Origin: Candidatus Aenigmatarchaeota archaeon
Lineage (GTDB): Archaea; Aenigmatarchaeota; Aenigmatarchaeia; Aenigmatarchaeales; JACQIB01
Direction of reading: 5' to 3'
NCBI GenBank assembly: GCA_016198755.1
Contig: JACQIB010000001.1
Coordinates: 129,178-193,177 of the forward strand
Length of the DNA stretch: 64,000 bases
The position numbers and the translations under genes were made by a program. How positions within the stretch are numbered: position 1 is the stretch's first letter; every line of letters begins with the position of its first letter. Shown here piece by piece: positions 26,155 through 35,917 of this stretch. The notes under the pieces are model-generated. The model made no database searches and was not told the origin of the DNA. It saw nothing but the letters and a program-made list of their open reading frames with translations.

Positions 26155-27810
26155 TCACTTGTGGGCAAAATAAAACACTAACGGTTTTGTTGAATCAACC
26201 CTGCAGAATCCTATTCTCTCAAACTGCAGCGTTTCCCCAGCTTTAATCTTTCCCACAGCAGGCTCAGCCAGCCCATTCAAAACAGCCCCAGTATCCATTA
26301 CAAGCTTTGCTTTCACAGCCTTCTCAGGAACCCAGTGTATTTTAGGTATATCCTTTACAGGCTTTCCAGTATACTTTGCTTCCTTATCCAGAACAAAATT
26401 TGCAAAGTGCATTAGCCTCACTTCCTTCCCTCTGTTTGCAATAAAATCAATTTTGTCCACAAAAACCTTTTTACTCACGGGGATTTTTCTCATTTTCCTT
26501 TTTCCTGGATAAAGAGGAGCAGAAACTGTTCTGGTTGGTATTTTACTCAGGGTTATTTGGATAGGTTCTGCAACAAAAAAATACCTATTTGAGTTCTTGT
26601 CTATATGTTTCCTGTTTTCAGAGTTTATAATATTCCAGTCAAAAGTTGCAGATCCCGGCCTTAATCCAACTCTCTGAGCCAGATAAAAGAAAGTTTCTTT
26701 TACATATCCCCTCTTCTTCAAAGCTTTTATTGTAACCAATCTTGGATCATCCCAGCCGGAAACCTTCCCCTCTTCTATAAGCTTTCTAATTTCCCTCCCC
26801 TGTGTAATAGCCCCCTCAACACCAAATCTTCCATACTGCATAACAAACTGCTTATTGAAACCCAACAGTTCTTTTAGCTTGTTCTGCAGTTCAATTCTCA
26901 TTTCCCCGAATTCAGCACTTCTAAGAATATGCGTAATTCCACAAAGTTCATCCTCTACAACATTCTGGAAATCATAGAGAGGCCAGACCTTAAACTTTTT
27001 GCCAAGCTTGAAATGTGGTGTTAAACATACTCTGAATATTACAGGATCTCTTAATGTTTGATTATCTGCTTTCATATCCAGTTTAAGCCTGAGAACAGCA
27101 CCTTCCTCCCCAAACCCTCCTTTTAACATTTTTTTCCAAAGTTCCATGCTATAAGTTCTTACCCTGCACTCACACTCCTCTCCTTTATGTCTCATATCCT
27201 TAATTTTTTCCCTCGCGCATGTACAAACATAAGCATTCTCATTCTCTATTAGCTTTTCAGCAAAAGAATACATTTTCTCTAAATCATTGCTAGAGAAAAC
27301 AATTTTATCAGGTTTTATTTCCAAAAACCCCAAAATATCCTCCTTAAAAGCATCCACATATTCCTGATTTGATTTTTCCGGATTTGTATCTTCAAATCTA
27401 AGAATACATTTCCCTTTGTATTTCTTGGCATAAAGATAATTTATCAGAAAGCTGATAGCATGCCCTATATGCGTATATTTGCTGGGCTCCGGAGGTATTC
27501 TTGTAACAACCTTCCCCATTTTCGCCCCTTCCAATTCAGGCAATCCCTTCCTCTCCTTCTTTTCAACAGCAGCAGGCTCGCCAATTTTCTTCAGTTCTTT
27601 TCCCTGCTTTTCCAAGCCCCACTCATTTACATCCTTTACAATATCAGAAACCAATTTTCCAATACCAGCCATGTTTTCCTTCAGCTCAGGCTTGGCAGCA
27701 ATAATTTTCCCTATAACAGCCCCAGCATTAGCCTTTCCCCCATACTGCAGAGCATTAGCTAAAGCAAACTGCAGAATTAGCTTTTCCAGCCCTTTATCTA
27801 CTGATACCAT
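26155..27810 (-). CDS. gltX: Glutamate--tRNA ligase (archaeal type)
   Basis: PPEPSKYTHIGH, RFEDTNP, GWDDPRL, RYFFV, QFERIGFCRVD. Confidence 0.95.
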   Translation of the reverse strand: MVSVDKGLEKLILQFALANALQYGGKANAGAVIGKIIAAKPELKENMAGIGKLVSDIVKDVNEWGLEKQGKELKKIGEPAAVEKKERKGLPELEGAKMGKVVTRIPPEPSKYTHIGHAISFLINYLYAKKYKGKCILRFEDTNPEKSNQEYVDAFKEDILGFLEIKPDKIVFSSNDLEKMYSFAEKLIENENAYVCTCAREKIKDMRHKGEECECRVRTYSMELWKKMLKGGFGEEGAVLRLKLDMKADNQTLRDPVIFRVCLTPHFKLGKKFKVWPLYDFQNVVEDELCGITHILRSAEFGEMRIELQNKLKELLGFNKQFVMQYGRFGVEGAITQGREIRKLIEEGKVSGWDDPRLVTIKALKKRGYVKETFFYLAQRVGLRPGSATFDWNIINSENRKHIDKNSNRYFFVAEPIQITLSKIPTRTVSAPLYPGKRKMRKIPVSKKVFVDKIDFIANRGKEVRLMHFANFVLDKEAKYTGKPVKDIPKIHWVPEKAVKAKLVMDTGAVLNGLAEPAVGKIKAGETLQFERIGFCRVDSTKPLVFYFAHK

Positions 27811-27844
27811 AAAGAACTATTCCTTCCCATGTTTAAAAATTAGA

Positions 27845-28501
27845 CTACTTCCTGCGTGGGCCGCCGCGTCCCCTGGATTTCTTTATTTTCTCCTTCTCCA
27901 TCCTTTCTAGCTTCTCTTCTTTGCTTTCCTCAGTCATTTCGAAATCCTCAGCTTTTGCAGTAAATTCCTCATCAGTCTTTATTGTTCCCCTTTCCTTCAG
28001 AATCTCTTTTGCAAGAGCCCAGTAAATCATTGCTAGACTCTTCCTTCCCTTGTTATTACAGGGTATAACAAAATCAATATAAGAAGTTTCATTAAAGGTA
28101 TCGCAGAGGGCAATTATAGGTATCCTCATTTTTACAGCCTCTTTTAGTGCCTGCTTGTCAACCATAGGGTCTGTAAGCAAAATAACATTCGGCTCATAAT
28201 AGTTTTTGAATGAAGGATTTGTGATTGTTCCTGGAAGAAACCTTCCTATAGAAGCTTTCCCGCCAATCATTTCTGCAAATTTTACAGCAGGCTTCTGCCC
28301 AGGTCCCTTTCTGGAAACAATAAGTATATTGTTTAGCCTGCTAAGGAACTTTGCAGCAGTATTTACTCTCTCTTCTATAAGGGAAACATTCAAAACAGCC
28401 AGTCCATCAGATCTTATCTTATAGATAAACCTTTCCATATCTTTTGCTCTTTGTTTCATCCCAATATGGACTCCTGCAGACAGGAAATTCTCATTAGCCA
28501 T
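27845..28501 (-). CDS. rps2: 30S ribosomal protein S2
   Basis: AGVHIG, GRFLPGTITNP, DKQALKEA, IPCNNKGRKS. Confidence 0.97.
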   Translation of the reverse strand: MANENFLSAGVHIGMKQRAKDMERFIYKIRSDGLAVLNVSLIEERVNTAAKFLSRLNNILIVSRKGPGQKPAVKFAEMIGGKASIGRFLPGTITNPSFKNYYEPNVILLTDPMVDKQALKEAVKMRIPIIALCDTFNETSYIDFVIPCNNKGRKSLAMIYWALAKEILKERGTIKTDEEFTAKAEDFEMTEESKEEKLERMEKEKIKKSRGRGGPRRK

Positions 28502-28545
28502 GTCCCAGAGTTCTGTAACAGAAGTATTTAAATCCTACCGCAGAC

Positions 28546-29787
28546 TCAAACCCATCCTCTTAATTTCATTGCTTCTGCAACACGCTTAATTGCCACAGCA
28601 TAGGCTCCCATTCTCATATCCACAGAATGCTCGCGTGCAGCTTTCAGTGAGCTCTCAAAAGCTGTTGTTATAATCTTATCCAACTTTTCAAAAACCTCTT
28701 CCTTTGTCCAGTAATATCCATACAGGTTCTGCACCCATTCAAAGTAGGAAACTGTAACCCCTCCCGCATTGCACAAAAAGTCAGGTATAACAAAAACCTT
28801 ATTCCCGAACAAAATCTCATCAGCTTCCGGAGTTGTGGGTCCGTTAGCAGCCTCAGCAATTATTTTCGCCTTTATTTTTCCAGCATTCTCCCCTGTTATC
28901 TGATTTTCTAAAGCAGCAGGAACTAAAATATCCAGTTCCAGTTCAAGCAGTTCAGAATTGGAAATTTCCTTTGCACCAGCAAATCCCAGAACAGTTCCAT
29001 ATTGTTCCTTGTGCTTTGCCAAATCCTTTGCAGCCAGCCCATTCTCATTATAAATGCCCCCGCGCGAATCAGAAACAGCAACAATACTTGCCCCCATCTC
29101 TGAAAGCTTTGTAGCCACAAAAGAACCAGCATTTCCAAATCCCTGAACAGCAACTTTAGCTCCTCTAAGTTCAATCCCAAGAACTTTAACAGCCTCCCTT
29201 ATAGTATAGACAACTCCCTGTGCAGTAGCATCCTCCCTTCCAGCGCTTCCCCCCAAAGCCAAGGGCTTTCCAGTTATAACACCCGGAGCAGCCCCCCCAA
29301 CTATTTTCTCATACTCATCCAGCATCCATGCCATTATCTGCGGTGTAGTGTAAACATCAGGAGCTGGCACATCCTTATCCGGTCCAATAAACTGTGCAAT
29401 AGCTCTTATGTATCCCCTGCTTATTCTTTCCAATTCAGTTGAAGAAAGCTCTTTTGGGTTGCAGATAACACCCCCCTTCCCCCCTCCGTATGGTATGTTT
29501 GCAACAGCACACTTCCAAGTCATCCAAGCAGCCAGTGCTTTAACAGTATCCAGAGTCTCAGCAGGATGAAATCTTATCCCCCCTTTACAAGGTCCCCTAG
29601 CATTGTTATACTGCACTCTAAATCCATTGAAAATCCTTGTTTCCCCAGAATCCATTTTAACAGGAAAATGAACATCTATTATTCTCATTGGTTCCCGTAA
29701 AATAGAATGTACAGCAGGTTCCAGCCCAATAATTTTAGCAGCTTTTTCCAGCTGTTTCTGCGCATTCTCAAAAGGATTTTCTCCCAT
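28546..29787 (-). CDS. gdhA: Glutamate dehydrogenase
   Basis: [50 protein letters not shown]. Confidence 0.96.
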   Translation of the reverse strand: MGENPFENAQKQLEKAAKIIGLEPAVHSILREPMRIIDVHFPVKMDSGETRIFNGFRVQYNNARGPCKGGIRFHPAETLDTVKALAAWMTWKCAVANIPYGGGKGGVICNPKELSSTELERISRGYIRAIAQFIGPDKDVPAPDVYTTPQIMAWMLDEYEKIVGGAAPGVITGKPLALGGSAGREDATAQGVVYTIREAVKVLGIELRGAKVAVQGFGNAGSFVATKLSEMGASIVAVSDSRGGIYNENGLAAKDLAKHKEQYGTVLGFAGAKEISNSELLELELDILVPAALENQITGENAGKIKAKIIAEAANGPTTPEADEILFGNKVFVIPDFLCNAGGVTVSYFEWVQNLYGYYWTKEEVFEKLDKIITTAFESSLKAAREHSVDMRMGAYAVAIKRVAEAMKLRGWV

Positions 29788-29821
29788 ATTGAACAATAGA
29801 ACTATCCAGTATATAAAAACT

Positions 29822-30643
29822 TCAGTATGGCAGCTCAGCCCACTTTACCTTTTCCCCAATCTCAAGTGCAATATCCAAAAGCCTGTTAAACTTTATAATC
29901 CCCTCCTTCTTTCCTAAAGATCCTTTAAACAATGCAGCTCCAACACCTACAGCAAAATCAGCTGAAAAACTATCCAGCGAATCAGCAGAATCAGCAACTA
30001 TAATACCCTTCCCAGATTCCTTTATTTTTATAACAGCTTCCAAAGCCTTTGTCACACTACTAAAATCAGATAACTGAATAACAGAACCCCTTTCCAGTAC
30101 AAAAGTTCCGAAAGCTTTTTTAGCTCCTTCCAGAAGATCTCCTTCCCCATCCACTCCAATAGAACAGTTGTTATCACTGGCTATCTGAGACAAAATCTCA
30201 AAAACCTTCAAATCATCCTTTGGATTTTTAGGTATTTCCATAAACCTTCTGTATGCTGTATTGCAGGTTTTCAAAGCCTCGTTCATACCGCCAGCGAATT
30301 TTGGAAAAACAAAAAATTCCTTTATACCATCTTTCTTTTCAAGCACAACAACAGCAGGCATAGGAAGATTATTTACAGTTCCCTGTGAAAAAAGCCTCCA
30401 AAGCTTTGTTCTAGCCTGTGCTTTTGCAAGGCATTGTGTCACTGCCAGGGAAACTTCTTTTGGGAGTGAAGAAACTTCCTGTTCAAATCCTTTAAAATCA
30501 GGCTCTTTTCCAACAATCCATTCCAAATTTTCAACAGCAGCTTCCCCTGAAACAGAGCTGGAAAATTCCCTGCCACCCGAAGTCAGGAAAACTTCTGTTC
30601 TCCCGTTTGCAGAGCGCATCCAGGCTTTTTCTATAATAGGCAT
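29822..30643 (-). CDS. Degenerate, shortened enolase homologue (probably catalytically inactive)
   Basis: Remnants [26 protein letters not shown]; lies in the conserved rpoK-eno-rps2 position; lacks GDEGG and SHRSGE. Confidence 0.75.
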   Translation of the reverse strand: MPIIEKAWMRSANGRTEVFLTSGGREFSSSVSGEAAVENLEWIVGKEPDFKGFEQEVSSLPKEVSLAVTQCLAKAQARTKLWRLFSQGTVNNLPMPAVVVLEKKDGIKEFFVFPKFAGGMNEALKTCNTAYRRFMEIPKNPKDDLKVFEILSQIASDNNCSIGVDGEGDLLEGAKKAFGTFVLERGSVIQLSDFSSVTKALEAVIKIKESGKGIIVADSADSLDSFSADFAVGVGAALFKGSLGKKEGIIKFNRLLDIALEIGEKVKWAELPY

Positions 30644-30669
30644 AAGAAAAATATGGAAAGATAAAACTC

Positions 30670-30861
30670 TTATAGCTGCATCCTTGGAGGCATTTTCTTT
30701 TTAACTGTCATAGGCAAAACCCCAGAATCCAGTTCCATTTCAGCAAGCCTTATAGGATCTTCTGTATTTCCCTTTACAAGCGGTGGAGCTCCGGCAGCTA
30801 TCTGAAGAGCCCTTGCCCCTATTAATCTAGTCCTCTCAAACCTTGTTAATATGTCGCTCAT
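30670..30861 (-). CDS. rpoK: RNA polymerase subunit K (Rpo6)
   Basis: TRFERTRLIGARALQIAAGAP...LPMTV. Confidence 0.96.
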   Translation of the reverse strand: MSDILTRFERTRLIGARALQIAAGAPPLVKGNTEDPIRLAEMELDSGVLPMTVKKKMPPRMQL

Positions 30862-30922
30862 GGATAAGATTAAGGGTAATGTGGAGTATTTAAAATTTTG
30901 CATTGTATAGATTCTGATAGAT

Positions 30923-31768
30923 ATGCAGATACCAGCCAGTTTCCTTTCAGACAAACCCCCGCTTTCTACTGTTACTTCTCTCAGCCACAGGACTAGGAGA
31001 GGTGTGGTTTTTCCAGATTTGTCATCCTTAGAGGCAGCTTTTTACGATATTGGTGGTTCACATGAGTGGAATAGGCCACAATATATGAGGGAAGATATAG
31101 CTACTATAAAAGCCACTGGCGGTCTGCATGAAAAGCATGGATATGAAGCTGCAGGAACATTATTTTTCGGGACAGAAATTGATGTAAAAATACTGGGTAC
31201 AGTTTATATGCTCTTTCTTTACAGGGAACCTCTTAGAATTAAAGGAGAAGACAGTAAATACAGACAACACCCAGGAACAATAACTGATATGAACGTTCAT
31301 ATAGCACGCCAATTTACACGGCCTCTCTGCACAGACCATTCTCTTGTTGGGAATATCACGCCAGTAGAAGATGGCTGGATTAATCTCGATATACCAGCTT
31401 TTCTAAACCCGGTTTTTCCCCAGAAACCAGCCATAGAGGTTTCCCCCGCACTTGTAAATAATCGTGGAAGAGCCCTAACAAATATACAACATGAAAACAG
31501 GGATATGTTCTTAGAAGTTAGCATAGAAACTGGAGGAAAAATCCAACCAAAACAATTGCCTCTTGGACTGCATAATGGGAGGCTTATCTGCGGCCCCCTC
31601 ACAGGATATAGAAGGATGGTTCTTTCTTTTTATCATAAGTCTCCAACAAACATCCCCCTACCTTCCGTAACACCAGATGAAGATAGTGTAATAAAACAAG
31701 AAACAGATTATTTATATGGGATTCTATCACACACAGCCCAGCCAGATCAAACCCCCGTCAGTCCCTAA
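30923..31768 (+). CDS. Hypothetical protein
   Basis: 281-aa ORF, TATTTAAA about 28 nt upstream; no motif recognised. Confidence 0.7.
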   Translation: MQIPASFLSDKPPLSTVTSLSHRTRRGVVFPDLSSLEAAFYDIGGSHEWNRPQYMREDIATIKATGGLHEKHGYEAAGTLFFGTEIDVKILGTVYMLFLYREPLRIKGEDSKYRQHPGTITDMNVHIARQFTRPLCTDHSLVGNITPVEDGWINLDIPAFLNPVFPQKPAIEVSPALVNNRGRALTNIQHENRDMFLEVSIETGGKIQPKQLPLGLHNGRLICGPLTGYRRMVLSFYHKSPTNIPLPSVTPDEDSVIKQETDYLYGILSHTAQPDQTPVSP

Positions 31769-31780
31769 TTGCAACTAATC

Positions 31781-32554
31781 TTAACCAATATACTTCAGAT
31801 CTTCCTTTCCCTTTGTTTTCTGAAGCTGGTCCATTGCCTGCGATTGTATATCATGCAATTTTTTAATGAAATCATGCATTGCCTCTACCTTTGCTTTTAG
31901 TTTTACAAGGTCAAAATTAATTTTGTATATTTTTTGTATAACTCTTAATACAGCAGAAGCTGCTGTAGGATCTGTTATAATTGGGAAGCCTGAAGTTTCC
32001 CCTAATAGGCAGTATCCAGCCATCCCATACAAATCAGCCAACCCAGGTAAAAGACCTGAAGCACCAACAACAGTTGCAATTTGCCCTGAAACTTTCATTT
32101 CCACTCCACTTCCTTTAAATTCAGCTTCCTGCTCTTTACTGTTTAAAACAGCAAAAACCTTTGGTTTTTCACTCACATTCCCCGTGCTAAACCCGCCAAT
32201 TGTAATAACTTTCTTGCATCCCATACCTTTCAAAAGATCCAGTATTTTTCCCGCAACCTCATAATGACCTTTCGGGTCATAAGTCTGTACATCCCCTATA
32301 AGGAAAATATAGTCCTTGCCCTTCTGCCTTGTCCAGTAAAATTCGTTCCTTAAAGTGTGTATCCTGTTTTCATGCACAATAATAAAGGGGAAAAAATATG
32401 GTGAATAAAGCTCTGCAAATTTTTTAGCTTTTGTCTCATGCACAAGATATTCAACAGCTATCCTTCCAATATGCCCAATCCCAGGCAAACCAATAAAACA
32501 GGTTGGATTCTTCAGCTTTACCTTTTCCAGAACTTTTATCTGCGTCTCAATCAT
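31781..32554 (-). CDS. Proteasome assembly chaperone (PAC2 family)
   Basis: GLPGIGHIGRIA, ITIGG, GASGLL, CLLGET, DPTAA, LKYIG end. Confidence 0.92.
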   Translation of the reverse strand: MIETQIKVLEKVKLKNPTCFIGLPGIGHIGRIAVEYLVHETKAKKFAELYSPYFFPFIIVHENRIHTLRNEFYWTRQKGKDYIFLIGDVQTYDPKGHYEVAGKILDLLKGMGCKKVITIGGFSTGNVSEKPKVFAVLNSKEQEAEFKGSGVEMKVSGQIATVVGASGLLPGLADLYGMAGYCLLGETSGFPIITDPTAASAVLRVIQKIYKINFDLVKLKAKVEAMHDFIKKLHDIQSQAMDQLQKTKGKEDLKYIG

Positions 32555-32600
32555 ACAAGAACTTCTGTTCCGCGGAATTTAAAGCTTTCTTTCTATATAC

Positions 32601-33089
32601 TCATACAGGAACAACTTCTACTGTCCTCCTCACATATTTCAATGCTTCTGAAACATAGGTATTCCCATCTGAAACAAGAGCAAAAAGTTCAGGATGAGTT
32701 TCCTTAAGTTCTGCCAGCAGCGTTCTATCCATAGAAACATCTCCTGTTCCATTAGCCAGCCTTTCTCCTCTCCCCCTCCAAAATTCAACCAATGCCTGTG
32801 CAACTCCCTCTCTTGTTGGCTCAGGTACAAGTCCCTCAGATCTAAGCCTTATTGCAGTTGCCAGCCCCTGCACCCCGCTAGGAAAACTTCTGTATGTTCT
32901 CACAAGCTCATGGTGGTAAGCAGATCCTGCGCTATCAGGGTCCCTTTCAATTCTTTTACGCAAAGTTCTATAATCATTTGCTCTATCCCTTCTATAGGCT
33001 CCCCAGAGCATGTCTCTTTCCCCCATGGGCAGACTTTTAGTAGCTGCTACCATCAAATCAGTTGCAGCAACTCTATTCCACAAATTCAT
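32601..33089 (-). CDS. Hypothetical protein
   Basis: ORF with its own TATA (TTTTTAAA, about 33120-33128), between nop10 and PAC2. Confidence 0.65.
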   Translation of the reverse strand: MNLWNRVAATDLMVAATKSLPMGERDMLWGAYRRDRANDYRTLRKRIERDPDSAGSAYHHELVRTYRSFPSGVQGLATAIRLRSEGLVPEPTREGVAQALVEFWRGRGERLANGTGDVSMDRTLLAELKETHPELFALVSDGNTYVSEALKYVRRTVEVVPV

Positions 33090-33133
33090 AACAATCAAAA
33101 ACAATTATTGTTGTAAATCTTTAAAAACCTCTA

Positions 33134-33283
33134 TCAAGCCCCTGCTCTCCTGTACTTCCCATACTTCCTTTCCTTTTCCAAAGAAAACACAGGCGGATGC
33201 GCTGAAATTGTTTCCTTCCCACACTTCCCGCACTTCTCTTTCAGTGTATAAACCCTGCAATACCTACATACATTAATTCTCAT
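33134..33283 (-). CDS. nop10: H/ACA RNP protein Nop10
   Basis: Translated by hand: MRINVCRYCRVYTLKEKCGKCG...AHPPVFS...KYGKYRR (49 aa); follows eif2a. Confidence 0.92.
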   Translation of the reverse strand: MRINVCRYCRVYTLKEKCGKCGKETISAHPPVFSLEKERKYGKYRRAGA

Positions 33284-33285
33284 TT

Positions 33286-34056
33286 TCACTCCTCAATTTT
33301 CTTATAACCCCCTTCCCCAACACTCTTTATTGCAGCTGCAGCAATCTGCTCCATTTTCCTATCGCCTGCTTTTGCATCCTTTGTTCTCATGCTAAGCCTG
33401 TAAACAGGGGCTGAAATATACTTTACATCTATACCAGTGCTTTCAATCCCAAGCAATGCTTTTTTGATTTTTTCAATTCCATCCCCAACACTGCTTTTCA
33501 GCTCAAGCTCAGCTCTTAGTTCTATTTCTTTTATCTCTATATTTTTTTCAGCAACAGAACTAATAGCCTGAACCCATTTTTCCGGAATTCCTTTCTTCAA
33601 AAGCTGCTCTTTTCCTGTGGGTGTTAGAGAAAGTACAAAAGCCTTGTAAGCCTCCCCAAAAAGTTCTTTCAACTTCTCCCCCATATTTTCCTTTGCCTGT
33701 GCAGCAGGCAGTCCAAGTTCTTTTGCAGCCATTTCAATTAGCCTTTCAGCCTTCTGCCCCCGTTTTATTTCTTTCAGCTTCTCATCAGCTTCTCTCTGAG
33801 AAACTCTTTTCAGGCTGAGAGAAACATGTCCCTTTTCAGGCTCAACTTTCAGTACAAGTACAACAGTCTTTTCCCCCTCTTTTGCAAATTCTCGTATATC
33901 CTTTACCCACTTCCTTGAAACCTCAGAAATATGCACCATTCCCTCTATTCCTTTATACTCATCCAGTGCAATCATTATAGAAAACGGATTTACCTTTGTA
34001 ACAGTTCCAATGACCTTTTCCCCAGGTTCAGGATACTTTTGCTTTATCATTCCCAC
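33286..34056 (-). CDS. eif2a: Translation initiation factor 2 subunit alpha
   Basis: S1 domain (PEPGE, LDEY, HISEV, SLSLKRV) and YISAPVY. Confidence 0.95.
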   Translation of the reverse strand: MGMIKQKYPEPGEKVIGTVTKVNPFSIMIALDEYKGIEGMVHISEVSRKWVKDIREFAKEGEKTVVLVLKVEPEKGHVSLSLKRVSQREADEKLKEIKRGQKAERLIEMAAKELGLPAAQAKENMGEKLKELFGEAYKAFVLSLTPTGKEQLLKKGIPEKWVQAISSVAEKNIEIKEIELRAELELKSSVGDGIEKIKKALLGIESTGIDVKYISAPVYRLSMRTKDAKAGDRKMEQIAAAAIKSVGEGGYKKIEE

Positions 34057-34084
34057 TCTTTTGTTGTCAGCATTTAAATCCTTT

Positions 34085-34621
34085 CTACTCTGCCGGAATC
34101 AGAATGCCTTCAGGCCCCAAAATCGAGTCCAAACAAAACGTCTGCAAGCCAAGTATATACTCTAAATCAATAACATTCGCGACAACAGCACCAATAGTAC
34201 CCTCAACTTCCGGCTTAACATCAATACACCCAATAGCAGCAATACCCTTAATTTCCAGCCCCACTATAGCTTCGCCCATGCTTGAGCATCTCCTCCATGG
34301 TCTCATATCAGCCCCTGCAAAAACAGCGCCCTGATTAGGTAGTCTATCTATCAACTTTCTCTTACGAAATACCTCCACATCCCCAACATTTACCCCATGC
34401 CTCTCCCTAACATTAATAGCATCCTGAGGGAACGTTGGTTCATACTTTATAGAAAAATCCGGTCCCAAATTTCTATAGGTTCCTACAGGATACAGTGCAA
34501 TACCATAATCCGTAAATTGCGGCTCCTGTCCACTCTTCGCATAAATATAACTTATTGCAACTCTGTTAGCAACCTCAGCAATTCTGTGCAGCTTTGGCAA
34601 TTCCCTTGCAACAGGATCCAT
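34085..34621 (-). CDS. Hypothetical protein
   Basis: 178-aa ORF between rps27e and eif2a. Confidence 0.65.
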   Translation of the reverse strand: MDPVARELPKLHRIAEVANRVAISYIYAKSGQEPQFTDYGIALYPVGTYRNLGPDFSIKYEPTFPQDAINVRERHGVNVGDVEVFRKRKLIDRLPNQGAVFAGADMRPWRRCSSMGEAIVGLEIKGIAAIGCIDVKPEVEGTIGAVVANVIDLEYILGLQTFCLDSILGPEGILIPAE

Positions 34622-34657
34622 AACAAACCATATAGAAATAAATCTTTTTAAACCAGT

Positions 34658-34846
34658 CTATTCCATGACTTCCAAAACTTTTGTTTTAACAGCAGCTTTC
34701 CCGCCCATGCTCTCAGCCAGAGCAGCACCGCAAACAAGGCACTTTACATTTTGTGCAGCCTTGTTAAAAATAATCTGCTCATTCTTGCACTTTGAGCAAT
34801 TTACCTTCAAAAACCTGCTTTTTGTCTGTTGAAAAATTTCTCTCAT
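34658..34846 (-). CDS. rps27e: 30S ribosomal protein S27e
   Basis: SRFLKVNCSKCKNEQIIF...CLVCG...GGKA. Confidence 0.96.
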   Translation of the reverse strand: MREIFQQTKSRFLKVNCSKCKNEQIIFNKAAQNVKCLVCGAALAESMGGKAAVKTKVLEVME

Positions 34847-34849
34847 TTT

Positions 34850-35137
34850 TTACACCTTTTGCAATTCATATTTTTTAACTCTAAACCCCTTTCCAATAAC
34901 CTGCTCTTTCCCGCATACTTTGCACTTATACCTCAGGTCTAACTTGCGTGTAGGCTTCTGCCTGTCTTTAGGATTGGGACGTGGAAAGCTACCGAAACCC
35001 AGTAATTTCCTGTTAAACCTCCTTTGTCCCTGAGCCATAGACCTTCTCTTCTTCCCAGTGCTCTCTCTGCTAATCTCCTGCTCAGTATGCTTTTTGCAGT
35101 ACCTGCAATAATGTCTCTGTATCTTTGGAGCTTTCAT
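34850..35137 (-). CDS. rpl44e: 50S ribosomal protein L44e
   Basis: YCRYCKKHT, GQRRF, KPTRKLDLRYKCKVCGK. Confidence 0.96.
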   Translation of the reverse strand: MKAPKIQRHYCRYCKKHTEQEISRESTGKKRRSMAQGQRRFNRKLLGFGSFPRPNPKDRQKPTRKLDLRYKCKVCGKEQVIGKGFRVKKYELQKV

Positions 35138-35186
35138 ACCCTTTCCCTTATAGCAGAAACTATATAAAAGCCTTTCCAGTATCAGT

Positions 35187-35840
35187 TTAAATCAAAGCTT
35201 CCACAGCTTTTCTCCCTTCCAGTGCAATGCCCATCCCCTCTTCCAGCTCTATATCCTGCCCAGTCTTCCAAGGTCCATACTCTTTCATATCACTCCAAAC
35301 AAACCTTGGTATATCCATTTTAACCCTGAACCGTTTCCCCCCGTTCCCATTTGTTATCTGTGGCTGTTCAGGCTCTGTTTGTTTAATTTCCACTGGAGGT
35401 TTTTCAGCCTCTTTCACAAATTCTACTTTGCTTTCTTTCATTTCTTCCAGCAGCCCGCGTGCCTGTTCTAATCTTTCGCGGGCAAGTAAATCCTCGCTTA
35501 GTAACTTTTCTCTCATTTCCTTCTGGAACCCCTTTAAAATCAGGACCAAATGATCAAAAACTTTCTGTTCATCTATATCCAGACCATGCGGAGGCACATC
35601 CCCCCTTATTGTATGTAAAGCAGCCAAAACCAGTTTTCTCTGCCTCCTGCTTATAATCTCATCTAACAGCCTTTTAGCACTCTCAACTTCCATTAGCGCA
35701 GTTGTATCTCCTTTTGAGAGTTTATGGGCAATCCATGCGCGCACAGAATCAAAGAAACCTGCTGGCAATTTCTGTAATTGATCTCCTTTCTCAGCCCTGT
35801 GTGCAGCCCTTATTGTTTCATATGTAATCAGGTCAGCCAT
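35187..35840 (-). CDS. DNA replication GINS complex subunit (Gins15/51-like)
   Basis: ITYE...EK...LQKLPAGFF, RRQRKL, C-terminal DIPRFVWSDMKEYGP B-domain. Confidence 0.85.
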   Translation of the reverse strand: MADLITYETIRAAHRAEKGDQLQKLPAGFFDSVRAWIAHKLSKGDTTALMEVESAKRLLDEIISRRQRKLVLAALHTIRGDVPPHGLDIDEQKVFDHLVLILKGFQKEMREKLLSEDLLARERLEQARGLLEEMKESKVEFVKEAEKPPVEIKQTEPEQPQITNGNGGKRFRVKMDIPRFVWSDMKEYGPWKTGQDIELEEGMGIALEGRKAVEALI

Positions 35841-35917
35841 ACCAATCCTTACTCAGGGAAGCAATAAATTGCTTTCTATCCAGTGCTTTTAAGAACAAGT
35901 ATACCCAAAAACCAATA

